A stretch of 64,000 bases of DNA from Patiriisocius marinus (GCF_008974325.1 NZ_BKCG01000007.1:1-64000); one strand, 5' to 3'; shown: positions 48,646 through 58,174, counted from the first letter of the stretch. Numbers and translations: made by a program. The notes: generated by a model not told the origin, from the sequence alone.

Positions 48646-50901
48646 ATGCCCCTTTTATTCGTCACAAAACCAATTGTACGAATGAAAACAATCGTTACTA
48701 CATTATTTGCTGCATTGAGTATTTCATCAGCTATTGCACAAGTGCCTTCTCAGGTTCAAGATTCAACAAAAGTTGAAAACCTAGAAGAAGTTTTAATCCA
48801 AAGTATTAGGGTAAAAGCAGATTCTCCAATTACCCATTCAAATTTAGATGCGGAAGATTTAGAAGAACGTAACTTAGGGCAGGACATTCCTTATATGCTC
48901 AATTATTTACCTTCAGTTGTTACAACTAGTGATGCAGGTGCGGGTGTTGGCTATACTTATCTAAGAGTGCGTGGAGTTAGTGGTTCAAGTATTAATGTAA
49001 CCCTTAACGGAATTCCATTTAATGACGCTGAAAGTTTAGGAACATTTTTTGTCAATCTTCCAGATTTTACTTCTTCAGTAGAAAGCTTACAATTACAACG
49101 TGGAGTGGGTACTTCTACAAATGGTAGTGGTGCATTTGGTGCAAGTTTGAATTTATTGACAGATGCAGTTCAGTCTGAACCAGGAGCTGAAATTGCAAAT
49201 TCATTTGGTTCTTTCAATACAAGAAAACACAATGTAAAATTTACAACGGGAACATTAAATGATCATTTTGAGTTTTCGGGAAGACTATCTACTATCCAAA
49301 GTGATGGGTATATTGATAGAGCTAGTTCAGACCTGAAGTCATACTTTCTACAGGGAGCGTATAAAGATGAAAATCGTTTAATCAAATTGTTAGCTTTTGG
49401 AGGTCGTGAAGAAACATATCAAGCGTACTATGGTATTGACGCTGCTACTTTAGAAAATGATAGAACGTTTAATACTGTAGGTCAGATTTTTGATAACGAC
49501 GGAAATTTTCAGCGTTTCTACGATAATGAAGTAGATAACTACGCCCAAGATCACTATCAGTTACTTTGGAATGAACGTATTGACAATAACTGGAGTACTA
49601 ATGTTTCGCTTAACTATACGTATGGTAGAGGTTATTTTGAGCAATATGTAGATGATTACTATTTTTCAAATATATTATTTAGCGGCGCTTCAAGTTTCGA
49701 CTTTTTAGGTGTTGAACCTATAACAGTAAATGGTGAAGAAGTAAACTCAACAGATTACATTCGCCGTCGTTGGTTAGAGAATAGCTTTTATGCCGTAAAT
49801 GCTAATGTAAATTATAATAATAATTCATTAGATGTTTCAGCTGGAGCATTTTTTAGTCATTATGATGGAGATCATTTTGGTGAAATTTTATGGAGTGAAC
49901 AACCTATAGGTTATGATTATGAAGAGCGTTACTACGACGGAAACGGTTTGAAAAATGAACTTTCAGTATTTGCAAAAGCTACTTATAGATTCAATGAACA
50001 ATTAAGTGTATTTGGAGACTTACAAGGTCGTTTTATAAACCATAACAACTCAGGAACAACTTCAGATAGGGTGGAGTTAGATACAAAAGTGAATTATGAG
50101 TTTTTCAATCCAAAAGCTGGAATTTCTTATAAACTAGATAAAGGAAATCAATTGTACCTTTCATACGGAAGAGCAAATCGTGAACCTAGAAGAAGTGATT
50201 TTGAAGAAGGGTTATTTACTCCAGAGCGATTAGATGATTTTGAATTAGGATGGAGACACAACTCTAAAGGAGTAAGAGTGAACACTAATTTATTTTATAT
50301 GAATTATAAAAACCAACTAGTACTTACGGGAGCAATTGATGATGTGGGTGACCCTATTAGAGCAACTAGTGGAGATAGCTTCAGAGCAGGAATTGAGGTA
50401 GATGCCTCTGTGAATATAACAGATAAATTAATGGTGCAGCCTAATGTGGCTTTAAGTATCAACAAAAACAAAGACTTCTTTTTTCAAAGAGATGGTGTGT
50501 TGACTAACTTAGGTAATACTGATATTTCATATTCACCATCTGTAGTTGCGGGTAATGCAATTATTTATAGCCCAGTAAATAAATTGAACATTTCATTACT
50601 TTCTAAATATGTTGGAGAGCAATATTTAGGAAATATTGATAGTGAAGGTTCAAAGTTAGACGCTTATTTTATTAATGATTTAAATGTAACGTACCGTCTT
50701 ACAAACGTGCCTCTTGCAAAAGAAATTATGCTTTCTGGATTAGTAAATAACATTTTTAATCAGGAATATGTTTCTAATGGCTTTTTCTACACATTTGATG
50801 ATGATTACAGTGAACCAGGAACTGTTACTACAATTGAAGGAGCAGGGTATTACCCACAAGCAAAGATTAATTTCATAGTAGGAGCAACTATTAAGTTTTA
50901 A
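48646..50901 (+). CDS. TonB-dependent outer-membrane receptor under TPP-riboswitch control (putative thiamine/precursor uptake); the true start is probably M at 48682.
   Basis: Signal peptide, plug domain, C-terminal beta-barrel ending in a terminal aromatic residue (KF). Confidence 0.8.
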   Translation: MPLLFVTKPIVRMKTIVTTLFAALSISSAIAQVPSQVQDSTKVENLEEVLIQSIRVKADSPITHSNLDAEDLEERNLGQDIPYMLNYLPSVVTTSDAGAGVGYTYLRVRGVSGSSINVTLNGIPFNDAESLGTFFVNLPDFTSSVESLQLQRGVGTSTNGSGAFGASLNLLTDAVQSEPGAEIANSFGSFNTRKHNVKFTTGTLNDHFEFSGRLSTIQSDGYIDRASSDLKSYFLQGAYKDENRLIKLLAFGGREETYQAYYGIDAATLENDRTFNTVGQIFDNDGNFQRFYDNEVDNYAQDHYQLLWNERIDNNWSTNVSLNYTYGRGYFEQYVDDYYFSNILFSGASSFDFLGVEPITVNGEEVNSTDYIRRRWLENSFYAVNANVNYNNNSLDVSAGAFFSHYDGDHFGEILWSEQPIGYDYEERYYDGNGLKNELSVFAKATYRFNEQLSVFGDLQGRFINHNNSGTTSDRVELDTKVNYEFFNPKAGISYKLDKGNQLYLSYGRANREPRRSDFEEGLFTPERLDDFELGWRHNSKGVRVNTNLFYMNYKNQLVLTGAIDDVGDPIRATSGDSFRAGIEVDASVNITDKLMVQPNVALSINKNKDFFFQRDGVLTNLGNTDISYSPSVVAGNAIIYSPVNKLNISLLSKYVGEQYLGNIDSEGSKLDAYFINDLNVTYRLTNVPLAKEIMLSGLVNNIFNQEYVSNGFFYTFDDDYSEPGTVTTIEGAGYYPQAKINFIVGATIKF

Positions 50902-50920
50902 TAAGAAAAATTAAGGCCTA

Positions 50921-50959
50921 AAAAATCCGGATGAGTTTTAAATTCATCCGGATTTTTTA
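50921..50959. terminator. Bidirectional terminator hairpin (atccggatga...tcatccggat) with an A-run and a T-run
   Basis: 10-bp stem between convergent genes. Confidence 0.55.
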
Positions 50960-50976
50960 ATTTAACTAATCTAATA

Positions 50977-51453
50977 CTAGTTTGTAATTCTAAGAGTATT
51001 TCCACTTTTTTCAATGCGGTACATTTGCATTGGGTATAGCTCTGGATCCGTTTTGTGTTGACCAGTTAATATGTTGTATACATTGTCGTCATCTGGACAA
51101 GGACAAGAAGCTTCAATACCAAGTACCGTCATTCTAGAACAATTGTTAGGAGTATGATTTGGATCAGTAATTTCAAAAGCTGTAAATAAATCATTATTTA
51201 AATTGTAAACAACCACACCTTTTAACCCTTGTTGAGTAATGACAATTGATCCTCCAGGGAAGTTGAGGTTATTGTATTCTGGTAAATTTAAGTTTAATGT
51301 AATATTTACTAACGGATCGAGTAAATAAGGGTTGTCAAAACGAGTTCCGTCATCATCATTTCCACAGGAAAATAGTGTGATAGAAAGTACTATTAGTAGA
51401 ATTATCTTTTTCATTGTGTAAGGCAAATTTAAATGCGATGCGAAATTAATCAA
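50977..51453 (-). CDS. Hypothetical lipoprotein
   Basis: Lipoprotein signal ITLFSCGND. Confidence 0.35.
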   Translation of the reverse strand: MINFASHLNLPYTMKKIILLIVLSITLFSCGNDDDGTRFDNPYLLDPLVNITLNLNLPEYNNLNFPGGSIVITQQGLKGVVVYNLNNDLFTAFEITDPNHTPNNCSRMTVLGIEASCPCPDDDNVYNILTGQHKTDPELYPMQMYRIEKSGNTLRITN

Positions 51454-51600
51454 ATTTATGCAACAACTTATTTTTTAGTATATTTGTTATAAATAATCCC
51501 GTCTTGAATGGGATTTTTTTTATTCCTGCATAAGCAGGAATTTTAGTGTAATTTAAAGTCCTGTACATTTAATACGGACTTTTGAAATGCGGTCTAGAAT

Positions 51601-52119
51601 ATGAAGCGACCTGCGGCTCACAACCTAATAAACGAACATATTATGAGTAAAGTATCTTATTATTCTCCAGAAGGATTAAAAAAATTAAAAGAAGAATTAA
51701 ATCATCTAAAGGATGTGGAGCGTCCTAACGCGTCTAATGCAATAGCAGAGGCTAGAGATAAAGGTGATCTAAGTGAAAATGCAGAATACGATGCTGCAAA
51801 AGAAGCACAAGGAATGTTAGAGATGAGAATTTCTAAACTTGAAGAAGTTGTAGCGAATGCCCGCGTTCTTGACGAATCACAATTAGATTCGTCTAAAGTG
51901 TTAATCCATAGTTCGGTTAAAATAAAAAACCAAACTAATGGAATGGAAATGACTTATAAGCTTGTCGCTCAAACAGAAGCCGATTTAAAAACAGGTAAAA
52001 TTTCAGTAGATTCTCCAATAGGTAAAGGTTTATTAGGCTGTAAAGTAGGCGATGTGGCGGATATCGTTGTTCCTAATGGGATAATGAAGTTTGAAGTATT
52101 AGAAATTTTTAGAGATTAA
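51601..52119 (+). CDS. greA: Transcription elongation factor GreA (probable start at 51643, MSKVSYY)
   Basis: N-terminal coiled-coil and C-terminal FKBP-like domain; DLSENAEYDAAKE motif. Confidence 0.85.
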   Translation: MKRPAAHNLINEHIMSKVSYYSPEGLKKLKEELNHLKDVERPNASNAIAEARDKGDLSENAEYDAAKEAQGMLEMRISKLEEVVANARVLDESQLDSSKVLIHSSVKIKNQTNGMEMTYKLVAQTEADLKTGKISVDSPIGKGLLGCKVGDVADIVVPNGIMKFEVLEIFRD

Positions 52120-52122
52120 TAT

Positions 52123-52512
52123 ATGTCATCAATTTTTACGAAAATAATTAATGGTGAAATTCCTTGCTATAAAGTAGCAGAGGATGACCAGTTTATTGCT
52201 TTTTTAGATGTAAACCCAAATGCAAAAGGACATACCCTTTGTGTTCCTAAAAAGGAAGTGAATAAAATTTTTGATTTAGATGAAACGCTTTATCAAGATT
52301 TGATGGTATTTTCAAGAAAAGTGGCGATTGCCTTAGAGAAAACAGTTCCTTGCAAACGAGTTGGGATGAGTGTTATTGGTCTAGAAGTGCCTCATGTTCA
52401 CGTTCATTTGGTTCCTTTAAATGACATGAAGGAAATGACTTTCCAGCACAAAGTATCACTAACTAGTGATGAAATGTTAACACTGGCAACAGCAATACAT
52501 TCTAATTTATAA
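52123..52512 (+). CDS. HIT-family hydrolase
   Basis: Histidine triad VPHVHVHLVP. Confidence 0.7.
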   Translation: MSSIFTKIINGEIPCYKVAEDDQFIAFLDVNPNAKGHTLCVPKKEVNKIFDLDETLYQDLMVFSRKVAIALEKTVPCKRVGMSVIGLEVPHVHVHLVPLNDMKEMTFQHKVSLTSDEMLTLATAIHSNL

Positions 52513-52857
52513 TTGAGTAGCTTTTAAAGCGAAATATATCAATGCGCTAACTAGCACTATAGTTAGCGCAATTAAACCTAAACCAAGTTTTGTTAAACGT
52601 GCACTACTACTTTTAGGCTGTACTTGTTTTTTATTGTAATTATACACACGTTCTATATCATCATCCCAGTTCACAGGGTAAATAATTGTATTACAAGAGT
52701 TGCAGTATAGTTTTTCATCAATCGTTTTTTCTGCTTTTACATATAATTTATGTGCAGTTTCCTTTTGCGAAAAAGTAAATTCTAACCCATTATTAGCAAA
52801 GCATTCTGGGCAATTATTTTTTAAAGTAGCGGTATGAAGAGTGTGGTTAGTTGTCAT
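52507..52857 (-). CDS. Hypothetical zinc-ribbon protein with a C-terminal TM helix
   Basis: CPEC...CNSC pairs; C-terminal LGLGLIALTIVLVSALIYFAL. Confidence 0.3.
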   Translation of the reverse strand: MTTNHTLHTATLKNNCPECFANNGLEFTFSQKETAHKLYVKAEKTIDEKLYCNSCNTIIYPVNWDDDIERVYNYNKKQVQPKSSSARLTKLGLGLIALTIVLVSALIYFALKATQL

Positions 52858-54014
52858 TAAGCCGAGGCTAGTTTTAGTGAGATTACAAAGGTAGTACCTT
52901 TTCCTGGGCTACTTTTTAAAACTTTAATTTTTCCGTTGTGATATTCTTCAATTATTCTTTTTGCAAGCGAAAGCCCCAACCCCCAACCTCTTTTTTTAGT
53001 AGTAAAACCAGGAGTAAAAATACGTTTATGATATTTCTTTGGAATCCCTTTTCCTGTATCGGTAACGTAAATTAAAGCATGTCTATCAGTTGCTTCAACC
53101 ACTACACTTATATCACCTTTACCTCTCATGGCATCAATACCATTTTTAACTAGATTTTCTACAGTCCAACTAAAAAGCTGCGTGTTTAAATCAACAAATA
53201 TAGGTTCAGATGGAATTTTTAAATCGAAATTAATGAGCTTCGAACTTCTGTTTTTTAGGTAATCATAAGCTTCGATAGTTTCGGTAACAAGGTTTTTTCT
53301 TTCTAAAGTTGGAACAGACCCTACTTTTGAAAAACGTTCAGTAATCATCTCTAGACGGGTGATATCTTTCTCCATCTCGACTACATAACTTTGGTCTACA
53401 TTTTCAGTTTTTAAAATTTCGGTCCAACCTACTAAAGATGAAAGTGGAGTTCCTATTTGGTGAGCAGTTTCCTTAGCCATTCCAGCCCATAGTTTATTTT
53501 GTTCTGCAGATTTTGCGGTTTTATTAAAATAATAAATAGCTGCAATAAACAACATTAACATAATAATTAATATGGCCGGATAGTATTTAAGTTTGTTAAT
53601 TAAAGGAGAATTTCCGTAGTAAACCGTTTGAATTAACTTACCATTAAATTTTATATCTAGGGGTTTGTACTCAGAATTAAATTGTGAAATGAGTTTTGCT
53701 CTTTTTATAGGATTATTAACAACGGCAGGATCTAAGTTATTGCTGTCATACTTATTATCCTTATGACTGTACAAAATCATAGGAGTCGTTTTGTTGCTAG
53801 AAATTGCTGTAAGTGATGTCGCACTAAGTGGTGTTTCTAAGTCAACGTCAAATGATGCTATTTCCTTTTGAGCCTCTGCCCAAATTAACATTTTCTCTCG
53901 TTCGTTTTCTTTAAGTTGTTTGAAAAAGCCAAATGTGCTCCACAAAATAAGGCTTATAATTAATGCCGAAACGATAATAAAAATCCACCTATTTAAGGAA
54001 CCGAAAAATTGCAT
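52857..54014 (-). CDS. Sensor histidine kinase (two TM helices, HisKA, HATPase_c); no cognate response regulator lies adjacent.
   Basis: H box AHQIGTPLSSL, N box VENLVKNGIDAM, G1 DTGKGIP, G2 GWGLGLSLAKR. Confidence 0.8.
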   Translation of the reverse strand: MQFFGSLNRWIFIIVSALIISLILWSTFGFFKQLKENEREKMLIWAEAQKEIASFDVDLETPLSATSLTAISSNKTTPMILYSHKDNKYDSNNLDPAVVNNPIKRAKLISQFNSEYKPLDIKFNGKLIQTVYYGNSPLINKLKYYPAILIIMLMLFIAAIYYFNKTAKSAEQNKLWAGMAKETAHQIGTPLSSLVGWTEILKTENVDQSYVVEMEKDITRLEMITERFSKVGSVPTLERKNLVTETIEAYDYLKNRSSKLINFDLKIPSEPIFVDLNTQLFSWTVENLVKNGIDAMRGKGDISVVVEATDRHALIYVTDTGKGIPKKYHKRIFTPGFTTKKRGWGLGLSLAKRIIEEYHNGKIKVLKSSPGKGTTFVISLKLASA

Positions 54015-54027
54015 AGAATAAAATGTA

Positions 54028-54942
54028 TTGTTCGTTAAATATAATGCAAATATGTTAATATTATTGTGCTCAGTAGCTTTTAGAAACTTGTGGCTTCAAG
54101 TATATTTGTTTACGATGATTACAATAGATCCTAAAGAAGTTAGTACAGGTGTTTTACACGGTTATTTATTAAGTGCAGTTGCGCCAAGGCCTATTGCATT
54201 TGCTAGTACAATTGATCACGACGGAAATGTTAATTTGTCACCATTCAGCTTTTTCAATGTATTTAGTGCAAATCCACCAATACTTATTTTTTCGCCTGCA
54301 AGACGAGTGCGAGACAATACAATAAAGCACACACTAGAAAATGTTGCTGCTACAAAAGAAGTAGTTGTTAACATTGTAGATTATGCAATGGTGCAACAAA
54401 TGTCACTTTCATCTACTGAATATGCTAAAGGAGTAAATGAGTTTGTAAAATCTGGCTTTACTGAAGTAGCTTCTGAAACTGTAAAACCACCAAGAGTGGG
54501 TGAAGCTCCAGTACAATTAGAATGTAAAGTTAATGATATCATTGAACTAGGAACCGAAGGAGGAGCAGGTAACCTTGTAATTTGCGAAGTGTTGAAAGTA
54601 CACGTGAAAAAGGAAATACTTGATAAAAATGGAAAAATTGATCCTGTAAAACTAGATGCCGTTTCAAGAATGGGAGGTAATTGGTATGGACGATCTAAAG
54701 AGGGAATGTTTGAAGTTCCTAAACCATTACAGAGCTTAGGAATTGGTTTTGATAGCTTACCAGTATCGATTAGAGAAAGCGCTGTGTTAACTGGAAATGA
54801 TTTAGCAATGCTTGCAAATGTAGATGCATTACCAAAAGGTATTTCAGGTAACTTACAATGCACAGTGACACAACAAGAAACTGCAAAAGATTTTCTGCAA
54901 AAAGGTCAGGTTGACCAAGCTTGGAATGCACTTTGCAATTAA
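54028..54942 (+). CDS. Flavin reductase-like (FMN-binding split-barrel) domain protein
   Basis: LLSAVAPRPIAFASTIDHDGNVNLSPFSFFN motif. Confidence 0.65.
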   Translation: MFVKYNANMLILLCSVAFRNLWLQVYLFTMITIDPKEVSTGVLHGYLLSAVAPRPIAFASTIDHDGNVNLSPFSFFNVFSANPPILIFSPARRVRDNTIKHTLENVAATKEVVVNIVDYAMVQQMSLSSTEYAKGVNEFVKSGFTEVASETVKPPRVGEAPVQLECKVNDIIELGTEGGAGNLVICEVLKVHVKKEILDKNGKIDPVKLDAVSRMGGNWYGRSKEGMFEVPKPLQSLGIGFDSLPVSIRESAVLTGNDLAMLANVDALPKGISGNLQCTVTQQETAKDFLQKGQVDQAWNALCN

Positions 54943-54946
54943 AAAT

Positions 54947-54965
54947 ATGATTAAAATTTCCGAAG
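54947..54965 (+). repeat. Second identical copy of ATGATTAAAATTTCCGAAG
   Basis: Exact 19-mer match to 2765-2783. Confidence 0.5.
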
Positions 54966-55042
54966 GGAAACCAAACACTATAGCTAATATTAATTATTTA
55001 AACGATGGCCATTAACGCTCAAAAAACAGTGTATGATGGAAA

Positions 55043-55438
55043 ATGAAAATTATGGAAGTACAAGGAAAAGTAAAATTAGTAGGAGAAACTCAAACTTTTG
55101 GAAGCAACGGTTTTAGAAAAAGAGAGTTAGTGGTTACAACTGAAGAGCAGTACCCACAGCACATTATGATAGAGTTTGTTCAAGATAAAACAGATTTATT
55201 AAATTCATTTGCGCCAGGACAGGATGTAAAAGTAAGCATCAACTTAAGAGGTCGTGAATGGTTGGATCCTAAAACAAATACAACTCGTTATTTTAATTCT
55301 ATCCAAGGATGGAGAATTGAAAGTCTTGCGCCAGCTGCAGCTGGAGCACAAGGTGGAATGCCACCTATGCCTCCAGTAGATGCTTTTGAACCAGCGACAG
55401 ATTTAAATCAAGACGATAACGATGATTTACCGTTTTAA
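55043..55438 (+). CDS. DUF3127-like OB-fold-like protein ending in the SSB-type acidic tip DDNDDLPF
   Basis: The last seven residues, DNDDLPF, are identical to the ssb product in this window; Pro/Gly-rich linker AAAGAQGGMPPMPPVDAFEP. Confidence 0.45.
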   Translation: MKIMEVQGKVKLVGETQTFGSNGFRKRELVVTTEEQYPQHIMIEFVQDKTDLLNSFAPGQDVKVSINLRGREWLDPKTNTTRYFNSIQGWRIESLAPAAAGAQGGMPPMPPVDAFEPATDLNQDDNDDLPF

Positions 55439-55466
55439 TTAAATCCATTACAGATTTAAGTACGCT

Positions 55467-55498
55467 AAAATCCACCTCTTAAGGGTGGATTTTTTTAT
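55467..55498 (+). terminator. Rho-independent terminator (aatccacc-tcttaag-ggtggatt followed by TTTTTT)
   Basis: Perfect 8-bp stem plus T6. Confidence 0.55.
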
Positions 55499-55560
55499 TT
55501 TTACGTAATAATATTCACACAATATAACGGAATCATTAATTGTATGATTTCTATTAAATA

Positions 55561-56205
55561 ATGGTAATTCTCAATAACGATTTATGGTTTCCAGAGGTGT
55601 CCACTGCAAACGAGGATGGCATTATCGCAATAGGAGGAGATCTCTCGCCTCAACGACTTATACTAGCATATAGTTCTGGAATTTTTCCTTGGTTTAATGA
55701 AGGAGAACCAGTAATATGGTGGTCTCCAGATCCAAGAATGGTATTGTTTCCTGAAAATTTTTATAAGTCTAAAACATTTAGAAAAACGCTACGAACTCAC
55801 AATTATAGAATTTCTATAAATGAAGCTTTTGAGCAAGTTATTCGTCAATGTGCTATTATTAAAAGAGATGGACAAGGAGGGACTTGGATTACTTCGGAAA
55901 TGGAAAGTGCATACTTAGCGTTGCATAATTCTGATGATGCAATGTCTATTGAAATATGGGAAGATAAAACTTTAGTAGGGGGACTTTATGGAGTGTATTT
56001 AAAAAAGCAAAAAGTGTTTTGTGGAGAAAGTATGTTTCATAAAAAGACCGATGTTTCTAAAATTGCGCTTTCGCATTTAGTAGATTTTTGTTTGAAAGAA
56101 AATATCAAAGTTGTAGACTGTCAAGTGTATACTTCGCATTTAGAAAGCTTAGGCGCAGAGGAGATTTCTCGTCTTGAGTTTCTAAAAAACCTTGAAGTTA
56201 ATTAA
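55561..56205 (+). CDS. aat: Leucyl/phenylalanyl-tRNA--protein transferase
   Basis: SSGIFPWF...WWSPDPRMVL...GESMF motifs. Confidence 0.8.
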   Translation: MVILNNDLWFPEVSTANEDGIIAIGGDLSPQRLILAYSSGIFPWFNEGEPVIWWSPDPRMVLFPENFYKSKTFRKTLRTHNYRISINEAFEQVIRQCAIIKRDGQGGTWITSEMESAYLALHNSDDAMSIEIWEDKTLVGGLYGVYLKKQKVFCGESMFHKKTDVSKIALSHLVDFCLKENIKVVDCQVYTSHLESLGAEEISRLEFLKNLEVN

Positions 56206-56293
56206 CTTTTAAGAACAAATATTTCTCACAATTACTTCATATATTGCGTTTATACTCTTCTATTTTAAGAGATTTACTAAAAAAATATACTTC

Positions 56294-58030
56294 ATGAAAT
56301 TTAATATCCATCGCTTTGTTGTTTTTACAATGGTACTGTTTTTTGGCATTTCAAACGCTCAAGAGCCTTTACCAAATTATTTAACAGATGACGAAAGTCA
56401 ACTTCTTTCACAATTTCAGTTTTCATCTACAAGAATGACGCCTCCACCATCTGTACCTGTTAGAGCAGCTGCAGAATGGGAGGAAATAGAGTATTTAGTT
56501 ATTACTTGGCAAAATAATTTTCAAGGTATTTTAGGGCAAATTGTTGCTGCTGGAGTAGAAGAGTGCAAGGTGATAATTACTACTCAAAATGAAACACAAG
56601 TAACTAACTATTTAAATTCACAAGGTATTAGCTTAACGAATGTTATTTTTATGGATAGCGATTGGGATAGTATCTGGATGCGTGATTATGCTGGGAATAC
56701 TGTGTATGAAAATGAAGTAGGGGATAGAGCGCTTGTTGATTGGATTTACAATCGCCCAAGACCAAATGATAATAATGTACCAACAGCACATTCTTCATTA
56801 ACGGGTGTTCCATTGTATATAACTGACACCGCACCCAATGATTTAGTAAATACTGGAGGAAATTATATGAGTGATGGCTTAGGGAATGCCTTTGCTTCTG
56901 AACTCATTCTAGAAGAAAATGAACCTGGAAATCCTTATGGGGTAACGGCAAAAACGGAAGCTCAAATTGACCAAATTATGGAAGACTATATGGGGATCAC
57001 TAATTATATTAAAATGACTGCTCTTCCTTTTGATGTAATTAACCATATCGATATGCACATGAAATTGCTTGATGAGGAAACTCTATTAGTTAGTAGATAT
57101 CCAGATGGTGTCGCAGATGGACCACAAATTGAAGAAAATATTGATTACGTTTTAAGTAACTTTCTATCCCCTTTTGGGACACCTTATAAGGTAGAATGGA
57201 TGGATGCACCACCAAGTACAAGTGGACTTTATCCTGATGAAGGAGGATATTACCGTACGTTTACTAACGCTGTGTTTGTAAATAAAACTATTATTATACC
57301 AACGTATAGAGCTGAAGTAGATGATCCTGCAATTGCTCAATGGCAAGAGATGATGCCTGGATACAATATAGTAGGTATCGATGTAGATAACAATGGAGAA
57401 AATTTAATTTCTCAACTTGGAGCTATACACTGTATAACTCACAGTATTGGTGTTTCTGATCCTCTTTGGATTGTACACCAACCTATTGACGAGTCTGAAG
57501 AAAATACCACAGTTACAATAGAAGCTAGTGTTAAGCATAGATCAGGAATAAACCAAGCGAAAGTATATTACAGAGAAGTTGGTGCAACTACATACGCTGA
57601 GGTTAATATGTCTACAGTAGCAGATGATATATGGACAGCAGACATCCCTGTAGCAACAAATAATGTTGAATACTACATATGGGGAGAAGCTAATTCTGGA
57701 AAGTCATTAGCGAGGCCTATAGTAGCTCCAGAAGGGTATTGGGAGATACAAGTGGGTGAGTTAGGTACAAACGACAATGACTTTTCAATAGCAATTGCAG
57801 GACCTTATCCTAATCCTACTATTGGAGATGTTCAGTTTAAGCTAAATAATATTGTAGGAACTGTTTCTGTTAAAATCCGAAATATTCTAGGACAAGAACT
57901 TTATGCTACAACAATTCCACAAGGAAATGGTACAGTAACATTACAATTACAAGATAGCTGGAAAGGAACTCTTTTTGCTACATTCGAAGGAGCATTTGGA
58001 ACTACAACCAAAAAAATTGTAAAGCTATAA
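56294..58030 (+). CDS. T9SS-secreted agmatine-deiminase/peptidyl-arginine-deiminase (PAD_porph) family protein with a type-A C-terminal sorting domain
   Basis: Signal peptide; catalytic-Cys context GAIHCITHSIG near the end of the enzyme domain; CTD ...VSVKIRNILGQELYATT...TKKIVKL. Confidence 0.65.
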   Translation: MKFNIHRFVVFTMVLFFGISNAQEPLPNYLTDDESQLLSQFQFSSTRMTPPPSVPVRAAAEWEEIEYLVITWQNNFQGILGQIVAAGVEECKVIITTQNETQVTNYLNSQGISLTNVIFMDSDWDSIWMRDYAGNTVYENEVGDRALVDWIYNRPRPNDNNVPTAHSSLTGVPLYITDTAPNDLVNTGGNYMSDGLGNAFASELILEENEPGNPYGVTAKTEAQIDQIMEDYMGITNYIKMTALPFDVINHIDMHMKLLDEETLLVSRYPDGVADGPQIEENIDYVLSNFLSPFGTPYKVEWMDAPPSTSGLYPDEGGYYRTFTNAVFVNKTIIIPTYRAEVDDPAIAQWQEMMPGYNIVGIDVDNNGENLISQLGAIHCITHSIGVSDPLWIVHQPIDESEENTTVTIEASVKHRSGINQAKVYYREVGATTYAEVNMSTVADDIWTADIPVATNNVEYYIWGEANSGKSLARPIVAPEGYWEIQVGELGTNDNDFSIAIAGPYPNPTIGDVQFKLNNIVGTVSVKIRNILGQELYATTIPQGNGTVTLQLQDSWKGTLFATFEGAFGTTTKKIVKL

Positions 58031-58049
58031 TAGTCAAAGTGTATAGTTA

Positions 58050-58079
58050 AAAGAGCCGTGTTTTACACGGCTCTTTTAA
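58050..58079 (+). terminator. Terminator hairpin (aagagccgtg-tttta-cacggctctt)
   Basis: 10-bp stem; weak T-tract. Confidence 0.4.
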
Positions 58080-58174
58080 TATAAATTCAGCATTAGAGGT
58101 GTATTTCGTCGATTAAATTTGCACTTTAAACTATATAGTTACATCTTGTAGGGGTATCTTTATTTCAATTCTGT

